From Chlorokybus atmophyticus (lineage: Eukaryota; Plantae; Mesostigma and Chlorokybus algae), in NCBI GenBank assembly GCA_009103225.1, contig RHPI01002069.1:1698846-1762845 (forward strand): 64,000 nt of DNA, given 5' to 3'. Each line of letters starts with the position of its first letter. Within the stretch, counting starts at the first letter, position 1. The translations under genes were made by a program, and so were the position numbers. Below the pieces are notes generated by a model. The model worked only from the letters and a program-made list of their open reading frames with translations. It was not told the DNA's origin and made no database searches. Shown in pieces: positions 14,621 to 26,966 of this stretch.

Positions 14621-15317
14621 CAACATGTGGGAATGCATAAAGAAGCAAGCGTGCTGCGCAACCCCACGCACATCCGTGCACTCTTTTGATGCTAATGCAA
14701 CCAGGCGTTGCAATTGATTGCGAGTATATATCTATAGTGCGTACAATTCATCGGCAGGTTAAGTTCTCATGTTGGCTTGAGAATGTGTGTGCGTGCGCAG
14801 ATTGCAACTTCATACAACTACTTGGTGCACTATGGTTCCTTTGCATACATCCTTTGCATACAAGTACATCACATCGTGCATATATGCATGCAGCTATCGC
14901 ACACTGATTGACTGGCAGTGTAAATAGCACTCAACAATCGCAACAATGTTCAAAGAGTACTTGGTTGCTTCATATTCACAGGGAGTTTCATGACCTACCA
15001 ATCTGGTCAACATGTCGTAGTCTGCCATAAACGACAAAGAAACTGTGCTGCAGCAGCACATGGCGCAGGAAGCCAGACAAGTGTCGCACCTCGCATGCGC
15101 CTCAGGCTGTGCCCTCGCCAAGAGTGCATACACTTGCATGCACAAGTGTGTGCATCATCAAGTGCGCATGGCTGCAACAATGGTGACCGCTTTACCGTGC
15201 ATCCATATATGCGAAATGCTACTTGTGGCAGGTTGTCAGTGCATGGTGAATGGGTTGCAGCACGAGCCGGCTCCTTCCAACAATGTATGAGATGATCTCT
15301 GCCATGGTTGCACAGCT

Positions 15318-16538
15318 TCATTGAACTGCATTCGCATGCTCTTCAAGCAGCTTCTGCGCCGACTTGACTTCTTCACTCTCAGCACCACTCTCGTGCTTGA
15401 GCGCCCCAGCCTGCCAAACCGACAAAACAAGCAGCTCAGTGCTGTGATTACTTCGTCACCAAACCTGCACAGATCAATCTTGAGCTGTACCGTTTCCCAG
15501 TACCATTCAGAAAGTCATATTTTGTTATTGCGGCTGCTGCCAACTCCTATTCATCGGTATTGTCTTTGTATATTGTGGATGATGTATGCAAACTGCGCGT
15601 TGCGCGCTCTTTGCATACATGCATCAGGATGCAAGCTAGTTGTAGCACATCAGGCCTTAGATGGGTGCACTCACCACAGCTGTTTGCAGGTCTCTGTAAG
15701 CAGCTTCAAGCCGGCGCTTGGAGTCCGGCACCATCATCGCCGATTCTGCGAGCACATTCTCCTGCCATGCACACCAACAGTCAGCACACACGTGTAGAGG
15801 GTGACTCAAATCACGGGTGTAAGTAGCAACAAGACTGGTACATTGCGCACACAGGTGCCATTGTTACATATGTTACTCCACGGCATACTGAAAAGCAACA
15901 ACACAAACACTAAGTTTCGCACAAATGTCTCAATGAGTTCGATGAGTTGACAACATGTATTAAAGGTGCGTTAGAGTATCCAATGCGCGAGGTCTTGCAC
16001 ATCGGTTGGATGTGCGAGGTTTTGCACGCGTGTGCAGCACGCGCGCAGCGAACTCTGTTGCACATAACAAGGTGCCTGGCGTCTAACAGTAACTCCACTC
16101 CCATAGTCACAAGCGTTGCCCAATTGACTTTGCCTTGCCGAGGATGAGTAACGCATGATTGTACAAGTAGCCGATGCTGCGTGCGGCAGAGAGCGATATG
16201 AAGAAGTCTACGACAGTACTGTGCTTTGTTGGAAACTAAAAATACGCGCAAGTTCAATGCAGCATGCGTGTCGCAAACATAGCCTGACAGGCATTCTTAC
16301 AGCTGCTTTGGGCCGGCTGCTAGCCCCTAACCAACGGCAGACTCTTGTCGCCTCAACCGAACCACTGCCCCACCTGCTGCTTGATGTCGTGGGGTTCAGC
16401 GCCCTGTGCCTTGAGCTTCTCTGTCTTCGCCTGCTCAGCAACGTGCTCCTTTTCGTACGACGCCAACTCCTTGGCCACCCTCGCCAGCGACCCCGCCTTG
16501 ATCTTCACCGCCCGCACCGCCGCCGCCGCATCCGCCAT
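15318..16538 (-). CDS. TBCA: Tubulin-folding cofactor A, 3 exons (16538-16374, 15761-15675, 15410-15318)
   Basis: MADAAAAVRAVKIKAGSLARVAKELASYEKE...HDIKQQ|ENVLAESAMMVPDSKRRLEAAYRDLQTAV|AGALKH...EEVKSAQKLLEE* matches the TBCA pattern. Confidence 0.93.
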
Positions 16539-16766
16539 CGCCAAGCTAACCACCGAAATGGCGGGAAACAAGCTTGATAGATCCTTCGGTATACCGTTAG
16601 TGGACTTATTAAGGTTAGCCATTCGCTTAACGTCCAGTCACTAGCATAAGGGTAATAATGACTGCGTTGTTGTGACAACGCTGTCTATCAGCTCATCACT
16701 GCAGCGCTGTTGCAGCAACGCTGCTGGCCCAGGGTTTTTCCCGCCTTTCTTTTCTTACTGCAATCC

Positions 16767-16775
16767 AAACCCTAA
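16767..16775 (+). promoter_or_regulatory. Telo-box AAACCCTAA in the approximately 500-bp divergent TBCA/SPT16 promoter
   Basis: aaaccctaa lies between the two divergent start codons (16538 and 17041). The telo-box is a known plant promoter element. Confidence 0.5.
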
Positions 16776-17040
16776 ATCTGCGGTCTGTACGTTGGCGGCA
16801 AACAGTAGGGCGGCGGCGGCCGGGGCGTCTTCGTCGGGGTTGGGGTAGGGGTAGGTAGCTTGGGCGTTGGGGTTGGTTGCGGAATTGCGAGGGGTTGCGG
16901 TGTTTTGCTGCCGTATGCTCGGCATGGCGGTAGCTTGGTGACTGCCAGGCCCGCCCAGCTCCTGAAACACATGAAGTGCTGAGGGTTGAAGTACGGTGAG
17001 CACCGACGCAGGCTTGGCCTGGGGTCGTAAGCAGGCAAGC

Positions 17041-20000
17041 ATGGCGTCTGCGAACAACGGTGTGTCTGTGGACAGCGACTTGTTCGCCTCACGGCTGAAA
17101 AGGCTGTACGCTACATGGAAGGTGGGTTTGACGAGATGGACGTTTTACCATTGATATTCCGGTGTTACAGTTACAACTGCATACATCGCAGTGAACGCTG
17201 TCATTACAACTTGCAGTTGTGCTCAGGCATTGCTATGGAGCACTGTTCATATGGCATGGCGTTTTCTGTTGCATGTCGCTATGATCTGCTAGTATCTTCC
17301 AAAAGCAGACAAGTCCAGTCATCTTCTTGCTCTGCTTGAGCAAGCATCACAAACAGCTGTTGGTTCACAGAAAAAGTTGCGAAAGTCACAACACTTATTG
17401 TGACATGATGGATTTGTGCTGTGTAGACGTTGCTTGATGTATTTCGGTACACTTCAACGCAATGCACCGTTATTAGCAAGCAGTCCGTGGTACGTATATC
17501 ATTTAGCATGACGTATGTTGCTTGCAGTGCACAGACTTGGTTTGTACCTAGCAGCATCACCAGCACACAGTGTACTCAACACTCACAACACTGTCACTGA
17601 GCAGTCACAATTTTTTAGTGTTGAGTACATCGTAGTTGGTATTATGACGTTGATTGTCAACCAAGCGTCGAGTTGTGTTTACTGGGATATGCAGCACAAA
17701 GCATGCACGTACAATTTGTAGTATTTACGTGTATTGTGTCCATCGCGTACTGCTATACTTTGGTAAGCTATCTTGTCTCCGCTGCTTTGTTGCGCAGCAT
17801 CTCTCATGCGGTCCATATTGCAGGCGGATGTTGAGAATGGGTGGTCAGGCGCCTCAGCATTGGCGATCGCCACTCCACCCACCAGCGAAGACTTGAGATA
17901 TCTGAAGTCAGAGTCGCTGCACATGTGGCTTTTTGGGTGAGCTTCATTGCGTTTGCGCTGGTGACTTCTTGTGAGGTTTTACACTCATCTTAAGTGGTAT
18001 TGTGGCAGCGTATTCAAAACTTGATGTCACACTTGTCGAGACACGCTTGTCTTGAGGAATTCGCCCAGTGAATGCAAGAGTTTATTATGTTTGCATGTCT
18101 TGCTTGGTTCCCAAGGCATGTATACATGATAGCGTTGCTTTTGCAAGATTGCATCAGGGAGTTCATCTAACTTGTTGCAGCTGTGGCAATAAGGAGTAGT
18201 TTGGCAGTACTGTTGTTGACCTGGCGTCTCTTGTAGGTACCAACTTCCAGAGACGATTCTGGTTTTTATGCGAAGCAGTCTGCATGCAGTTACCAGTCAA
18301 AAGAAAGGTGAAGCGCCAATGTGCTTTCTCATTGCATCGCATTGCATTGCAGTAGTCTTGCAGCTTCTGCTTTGACTTGCCTCAGGAATGGTCCCAGTGC
18401 TTGGGCCCAACATATAGAATGCACATGTTTGCTCACTTCACTTAAACAGCATGGGGGGGATACGTATAGTTCATGTTGCTTCGTGGCACTGATGTGATGG
18501 TTTGAATGGAAGCCAACATTTTGGAGTCTTTGAAGGGCGCTTGCAAGCAAGCTGCAAACCTGGAACTCAAGGTAACAAAGTTTACGAAGGTGTTGATTGA
18601 ATCTTGCTGTACACGGTAGATTTTCAAGATTGCGTGCTGTCGCAGTTGCATGTCAAGGGCAAGAATGATGATGGCAGCACACAAATTAAGGAAGTGCTGG
18701 ATGCCATCTCCAAGGAGGGGAAGCCAACTGTGGGCATCCTGCAGAAGGAGACACCCGAGGGCGCGCTTCTCACAAGGTCAGTTGGTTGCCTGCGTGTTGA
18801 GTGTGGTGTATGCCGCAGTAGATTTCATTGTACGCACATTGCCAGATGGAGCAAGAGCCTGGAAGGCACAGGTCTTCGCGTTGTGGACATCGCCGCAGGC
18901 TTGGCGGATGTGTTTGCCACCAAAGATGCTGTTGAGGTACTGCGCTTGCTGTGACATGCCACCAAGTTGCAGGATGCAAGGCCGCAGCGGTATGATTGTT
19001 GTCTCTGTTGTAGGTTACCAACATTAAGAAGGCGGCCTTCATGAGTGCTGGCGTGATGAAGGTCAGTTTCTTAAATGTGCTCTACGAATGGGTCCCACCT
19101 TACGAGTGACATTGGTGCTAACACTTGTGTTGTTGTTGCACTTAGAACTTTGTAGAGCCCAAAGTTGTTGGCATCATAGAAGAAGAGCAGAAAATCACGC
19201 ATGCGAAGCTGTCAGATATGACGGAGCAGATCATATCAACGCCTACCAAGATTGACATAAAGTTGAAGGCGGAGAACCTCGATGTGTGCTATCCGCCAGT
19301 ATTCCAAAGTGGTGGCAATTACGACCTCAAGCCAAGCGCTGGGAGCGATGATAAGACGCTGCACTACGGTGTCATTGTTTGCTCACTTGGCGCGCGGTAC
19401 TCTTCATACTGTGCGAATATCGCACGCACTTACTTGGTGGATCCAACCGATCAGCAACAAGAGGTAGTTTTATGAGCGTCAACACTGATATATGCAGTTT
19501 AATTGTTGGCAGCCTCCTGTTTGCATATGTGCCAGGATAATGCATAATTGCTGTGCTGCATGTTTGATGCAGGTGTACAAGGTGTTGTTGGCTGCACAAG
19601 AAGCTGCTGTTGATGCTTTGAGGCCCGGAGCTAAGTTGTCAGCCTCGTATGAAGTAAGCCATGTTGTTGCGGCTCTTAGTTTGAAGTGCAGTGTCAAGTG
19701 CGTAGCCACCTGACATCATTGTGCTTGCAGGCTGCTGTGGCGGTTATAAAGCGGCAAAATGAAGAGCTGCTGCCTGCTTTTACCAAGAATGTTGGCTGCG
19801 GTATCGGCCTGGAGTTCAGGGAGAACACTTACGTGCTCAATGCCAAGAATCAGCTCGTTGCGAGGCCTGGCATGGCTTTCAACATTACGGTGTGGTGCAC
19901 AGGATACAGCTCTCATTGTCGTGCAGTCCTGTATGTCAAAAGCCAGTCTCACCCTGTTCTCCATAGGTTGGGTTTCATAATCTCACAAACCCCAAGGCTT

Positions 20001-23000
20001 CAGACAGTCGAGCAAAGACATACTCTCTTCTTCTGGCGGACACCATCATTATTCGTGAAGGCGAGAAGCCCGAGGTTGGTTGGCTTTCAGTTGACTTAAT
20101 GTACTGTGCGTATGATAGTCAAGTGCTGCGATCACGCTGGATGCTGATTGTGCTGTGATTTCAGGTTGCAACGGCCATGGCTCCAAAAGGCATCACAGAT
20201 GTTGCCTACTCTTTCCAGGTGCGTGTGCTTTCAGCCACGTTGCTTTGTTGGTCCAGCACTGTCCTGTCATAATGACTCAAAGCATCTTGTGTGGTGCTCT
20301 CCAGGATGGTGGTGATGACGGATCGAAGGAGAGCAATGACGAGGGCGCTGAAGAAGATCAGGAGATCGTGGCGCAGGCCAAGACCCGCGGGCAGCAGAAT
20401 GGCGAGTCTGTGGTTCTCAACACGTCATTGCGCTCAGAAAACCAGCAGAAGAGCGCTGAAGGTGACTAGGCTCAGTTGTCTGCTCCAGCGTGGTGCCAAC
20501 TCGTGTGTGTCACGTGCCATTTGTGTGTCTTGATAAACTCTTGCAGCCCTTCGAAGAGAGAGACAGGCCGAATTGGCGCGGCAAAAGAACGAGGAGAGCA
20601 TGCGCAGGTGTGTAAGCTCTCATGATTGTGCGTGATTCATGTACTTCAAGCATGCACAATTATTGTTGCATCGAGGGGACATGCAAAGCAGGTAATTGGC
20701 GTGCAGGTTTGCCGCTGGTGAGGTTGGCGCAGATCAACCTGGTGGATCCAACAAAAAGGACTCCGCAGACGTGGTAGCGTACAGGCACGTGGACGAGATA
20801 CCTACCGTTGGTCGGGAGCTGACAATACAGGTACAGCGCTTCAACTGGCAGTCACGATTGTTGTTCAATACTGCGGAGTCCAGTCTTTACCCACGTTTTT
20901 TGCTGCTGCAGGTGGACCAGAGGCATGAGGCGGTGCTTCTGCCGATCTACGGTGTTCTCTTGCCGTTCCATGTCTCAACAATAAAAAGCGTCACGAGTCA
21001 GCAGGTACCTCACAGTCACACTCTCCTTGAAGCTTTCGCGCTTTGTTGCAATGTATGTTTGTTGCTGTAACACCGGTGTATTTGCAGGATGGCGGACACT
21101 CCTTTCTGCGAATCAACTTCAATATCCCCGGCACAGGGTTTGCTGCTGGATACCCACCTGCCATCAAATACCCAAACTCCATCTTCTTGAAGGAGCTTTC
21201 GTATCGGTCTAGTGACGTTCGACATGTGAATCAGGTGCTCTTAATAGCGTGCGTGGCAACGTGCTGTGTTCCCTTTAGTTCATATCACTGAGCTCCAAGG
21301 AACTTATCATCGTTGATTTGTGTCCAGATTGTATCAGTTTTGAAGACATTGCAGCGTCAAGTGCGGCAGCGTGATACCGAGCAAGCAGAGCGCGCGACTC
21401 TTGTGACTCAGCAACGCCTGATCACAAGCAAGGGTAGGCATTTGCAAGTCAGCGTATATGTTGTGTGCACAGCCCACATTACTCCTTACGCTGTCCATAT
21501 CATTGATGGCAGGGAGGGTATATCGACTGGAGGATCTTTGGATTCGTCCGGCATTTGGCGGCAGGGGTCGCAAGCTGCCCGGCGTGCTGGAATGTCACAC
21601 CAACGGGTTCAGGTACAGCACGCGCAAGGACGAGGAGCAAGTGGACATCATGTTTGAAAACATCAAGCACGCCTTCTTCCAGGTACGCATGGCTTGGTGC
21701 GGAGTAATGTTGCTTTGTCGTACACATGGTTGTTTGCACGATCGGTGCTCGTTTTTCCAACTGTGCTCGTCCTTGCAGCCTGCAGAGAATGAGATGATTA
21801 CGCTGCTGCACTTTCATCTGAAGCATCCTATCATGGTTGGCAAGAAGAAGACCAAGGATGTGCAGTTTTACGCGGAGGTTATGGACGTTGTACAGAACGT
21901 GGACGGCATGCGTCGTTCGGCCTATGACCCGGATGAGATTGAGGAGGAGCAGAAGGAAAGGGAGCGCCGCAACCGCGTCAACATGCAGTTCCAGAAATTT
22001 GTTAAGCTGGTACATATCGCCATCTATCAACAGCAGCAGATACTGCCCACACCATATACAAACTTCTTTCTTGTCGGGCAGTCCGTGCTCATGTATGACT
22101 TGCACGTAGGTGAATGAGGTCTGGGAGCGAGAATACAAGCAGTTGGATCTTGAGTTTGATGTCCCATTCCGAGATCTTGGCTTCAACGGCGTACCATATA
22201 AGTCAAGTGCATTTTGTATCCCTACTGTCAACTGCCTGGTAAGCAGTTGCTGGGCCAAACTCTGTATGCGGGCTTTGGTGTTGTAATGTGTTGTTGCATG
22301 TCGATGCACTGACAGCTATTCGTCTACACCTGCAGGTGGAACTCATCGAGCAGCCCTTCTTGGTTATAACTCTCAATGAGATAGAGGTGGTAAACCTCGA
22401 GCGTGTGGGCTTCGGCCTCAAGAACTTTGACATGGCCATCGTGTTCAAAGATTGGGCCAAGGAGCCTCATCGGATAGACGCCATCGAGAGCAAGTCCCTG
22501 GACACCATCAAAGAGTGGCTGACCTCCATGAACATCAAGTACTACGAGGGACGCATCAACCTGAACTGGAAGCTCATTATGAAAACTATCCTGGACGACC
22601 CGCAGAAGTTCTTCGCGGATGGGGGATGGGAGTTCTTGAACAACGAGGCCAGCGATGATGAGGTGTGTGATACGTGTCTGAGTATGTGTATGCGCATGTG
22701 CATGTGTATTTGCCAATCCTAGCATATACGATCTGTTGACATGGGTTTATTTGACTTGATGATAGGAGGCGCATTCAACAGAGGAGTCTGATGGTTACGC
22801 CCCGTCTGGTTCTGAAGTGGAGAGCGATGATGCGGTTTGTGCAAGCCTGAGCATTTGTATTTGTATTTGTTGTTTGTAGTATGCCATCTGTCAGTTTATG
22901 GTGATGCAAGTCAGCAAGGGAAGTGTTTCTTGGCCATATGCTTATGACTTCTCTCTTGTTGTGCAGTCTTCATCGGACAGCGAATCCCTGGTAGAGTCAG

Positions 23001-23334
23001 ATGATGACGAGTACGAAGGCTCTGAAGAAGAAGAGTCAGAAGAAGAAGATCAGGGCAAGAGTTGGGACGAGCTGGAGGCCGAAGCAAGAAGGTATTGTTT
23101 GTTTAAGCAATGAGCATTGCCTTTGACACCAGCGGTTGGCAGCAGAGTTGCATCACCTCAACATGCACCATGCCTATATAGCTGTTGTTGGTTTGCTCAA
23201 CATGTGGATGTGTGTGCAGAGCGGATAAGGAGAAGGGGTCTGATATTGATAGCGAAGAGGAGCGACGAGCGAAGCGGAAGCCGAAAGCCACGGACAGGAG
23301 ACCGCCTCCCCCGACAAAGAAGATGAGGCGTTGA
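17041..23334 (+). CDS. SPT16: FACT complex subunit SPT16, multi-exon
   Basis: Exons encode DSDLFASRLKRLYATWK, CSLGARYSSYCANIARTYLVDPT, GCGIGLEFRE, VDQRHEAVLLPIYG, FLRINFNIPG, LECHTNGFRYS, PAENEMITLLHFHLKHPIMVGKKKTKDVQFY, VVNLERVGFGLKNFDM, GGWEFLN and an acidic then basic C-terminus ending PPPTKKMRR*. Confidence 0.98.
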
Positions 23335-23942
23335 TAATGATAACGGCCACACAAGTTGTTCCCAGCGTTTATATCCATTCGTCCAAGATGCGGTGATGTT
23401 TCTCTCATGGTTAAGTATGTCCCCCTTCCCCCTGTAGGTTCAGCTTTGTACAGTTGATTGTTTGTAACATGTTTTTAAATGCAAGCGGAGCTTTGCAGTG
23501 CGCAAGTGATTGTTGTGTTCAGTGAAGGCATCTGTGTGTGGCAGTTGCATTTCACCTTGATTTAGTGCGTGTCAACAGTACATTGCAAGTGTGCTGGTTG
23601 TGGATAAGACACTTCATGCATTATGCACCTTGTAAGCGACGACGCATCTGCGGCATTTCGCACATATACCGCACCCTGCAACTGTTCTCTGTGTGCCCTT
23701 TTTGTTGTTGTACATTGTATGTTGCCAAGGTTCATGACTCGTAATACTCACAAGAGTTGCTAAAAGCAAACATCTAAATCGGAAGGGGCTGCATGCAAGA
23801 CGCACTCATGTGACATAAGTCATGTCCTGTGTGTGTCACACGAACACATAATATATATGCCACCAACTGAGAGTCCAATCCGTTGCGTACTCACGCAATC
23901 CCACACCCAATAACGGCACACCCGCGCACACACACACATTGC

Positions 23943-25301
23943 TCAAGGCTTGAGCGCTTCCCTGACCGTGCCATTGCCAGCCTTGTTGCCATTGGCATTG
24001 CCCGCCATGGTGGCGGAGGACGAGTTGATGAGGAAGGCACGGAGACGCGTGAGGAAGGCCGCCGCTGCGCCCTCGTGATACTGCGCGATGGCGTCGATCT
24101 CGCGGTCATTCAGCACAAAGCCGCGCTTCTGCACAGGACAGATACGGTGTGAATGGGTTTACTACTCTATGTGTAGGATGTTCAGATATGCACTCAGAGA
24201 TGTTTGTTCTCTGTATCTTGGCAAGTTGCTTCGACTCAATGTACATTGTTGCTTGCCATGCTTGTCCGTGCATGGGTGATGTAGCAGGAGCGTGTGCGCG
24301 CCTATGCTTCCGTACACCCCCCAACACGTCTCATTCAAACACACGCGTGCGCATGCACATGTGCGCACACGCACACACACACGAATGTGTGTATGCGCAA
24401 AACACACTCGCGTGCATGGGACTGCGTGCACAGGGGCGTGTGCATGCGTGCGTGCGCAGGCACGTGTGCATGCGCGTGCGCATGTGTGCGCGCGCGGTTG
24501 CGCGTGTGTTGCAAGATGTTGTTCGCACAACACCCTTAACATTCACTGCACACACATCCTCCACGGCATGTCCAGTCAGGTGACGATCGAGTCAACAATG
24601 CTTCAACCGTCGCACCCACCTGTGCGATCTTCTGCAGCTGCATCCAGTTGTCTTTGCGCGCGGCGAGCGCGCAGGCGTTGTCGAAGGCGTGCATGCCGAT
24701 GTCGGACGGGAAGTAGCGCGACCACGCCTCAGCCGCAAGAAAACCGTTGCCGAAGTCCCTGCGAATGACAGACAGACCTGGTTTTTCGGTTTTCACACAA
24801 CCAATAACAGCACCGGACTGCATACCAACACGTTGCAGTTGGCTGAGCTTTGCTTCTGCCAAAGTTGATAGCTGTTCTGTGCTCCTGGGAACTTTACTGA
24901 TGTGGCAGTGGAATGACTATATAGGACTGCAAAGCGTGATGGCGCGTACTGGAGACAGGTGTTTTATGCTGTGTGTTTGTGGGTGAAAAGATCAGCAGTA
25001 CATTTTGCAGTTTGCTCATCGCACATGAACAACTGTGTGTGCTGTTGCACTCTCATTTTATCACTCAAAGGTTGTCTGTGACCAAGGTCTGCGCAGCCAA
25101 TGAGGACTTGTTGCAGATGTTGTTTAGCAGCATAGAATGGATCCAGCTTAGCTTGCGACAAGTACCTTGTGATGACTCACATGACCTGTAATTGTCGTGT
25201 TGTGTCAAGTGTTGTTGTGCGCACCTCCTTGGGTTCCTGATTGGGTGGGACAGGTCCAGGCTGAGCAGCCACTTGAGAGTCTCCCTCTGAAGACCAGCCA
25301 T
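23943..25301 (-). CDS. SPATA4/SPEF1-type calponin-homology (CH_2) protein, short CH-only paralogue, 3 exons (25301-25225, 24758-24620, 24128-23943), about 134 aa
   Basis: MAGLQRETLKWLLSLDLSHPIRNPRR|DFGNGFLAAEAWSRYFP...KDNWMQLQKIAQ|KRGFVL...FLTRLRAFLIN. The WLxxLDLS, RDFxNGFL and DNW motifs are those of SPATA4/SPEF1. Confidence 0.88.
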
Positions 25302-25720
25302 ACTGCTCCTCTGCTCTGTTGCAATCTGATCTCTCACTGTTGTCTCGCTACATCAGACTGCCCCCCAAAAGCCAGCCACTTTGACTTCATCACTAGCACC
25401 ACCCACCCAACCTCCTCCAGCAAGCAGCTTCTTTACTCCTCCTATGGCCTGACTCATACTCAGACTCAGACTCTTTGCCAGACCAAGGTGTGATACTGAT
25501 ATCGTACAAGCGCGGGGCACGTGGCGTCGATATCACTCACCTGTCACGTGACTCGCTCGCAGCTCTCAACGATAACCCATATCATCCAGCTCGCCGTTAA
25601 CGGTTGATGGGCGACGCCTGTTGGGTGGTGTGGTGGAACTCTACTCCGCTGTTTAACTGTTAACAAGCCAACTTCGCACCGCCGTTGATATCTGATGCTG
25701 CAGAAAAGTGCTGTTTTTCC

Positions 25721-26935
25721 ATGGCTGGCGGCGTCATGATGGGCGGTAGCGGCGGCGGCGGCGGCGGAGGGGGAAGCCACGCCCTGCCCAGGGAGGTCAT
25801 CAGATGGCTCCTCAGCCTGGATCTAAGCTACCCATTCAAAAACGTCAGACGGTAAGACAATAATCAAAGCGTGTGTGTGTAAGCAGAGAAGTTGATAATA
25901 ATTGTGTGCGTAGACAGAAAATCATTATGTGTGTGTTTGAAATGAATTCTGCGTTTGATCTTTGTTCTCTCTTGTAGGGATTTTTCCAATGGGTTTCTAG
26001 TTGCGGAGATCTTCAGCCGTTATTTTCCCTCTGAGGTGTCTATGCACAGCTACGACGCCGCCGCCACCGCCACAGCGAGAAAGAGGGACAACTGGGGACT
26101 GCTGCAGAAACTATTCAAGGCAAGAGCATGGTTGTGTTTGAAACCCCTCTGTTACGCACGCAGACATCAGGATGGTGACGAATGTGGTTATCATACAGCC
26201 GTAATCATACAGCGGATGTGATGATGATGATGATGATGATGATGGTTATAATTGTTACCTTCATTATCATCATCATTGTCAAGATGATGCACGCATCCAT
26301 CCTCACCCCACACCCGCACTCTCGTCCAATCGCACACGCACATACACACATGCGCGCGCTCACGCACGTACATGCTGGCGTGCACGTGATTCTATATTGG
26401 AGGGTGCAAATTGACACAAGGTCACTGCACGATATGCATACAACAGAAGAAGGGGTTTTATGTGAGCGATGAGGAGTCTGCTGGCGTGATAGCGTGCGAA
26501 CCCGGCTTTGCCGTGCCGCTGCTGCACAGAATACACAGGTTTCTCACAAACCGCAAGTAAGCGCCGCTTTGTGTGCGTGCTTTTGAAAGCAACAACCCGA
26601 TACAAAGCCACCCCTTGCTTTGTCCTCTGTTGCAGTGTTGGCGATGTCGACGTGGGGCAGTTGATATCCATCGTGGAGGCCGAAACCCGCATTCATGACA
26701 ACGGATACCAATTCCATGAGCAACAACAGCGACAACAGCAACAACAGCAATTCCACTCTCAATTTGATTCTCAAGACGCGTATCACATGTATCAACCTCT
26801 CCAACAACAACAGCTCCAACAGCTCCAGCATCAAGATCAAGAGTCGCAGCTTCAGCTGCAGATTCAACTGCAGATGCAGATGCAATATCAGCAGCTCCAA
26901 CAACAACTCGCATCACTCCAACAGCAGAAACAACA

Positions 26936-26966
<31 letters not shown>

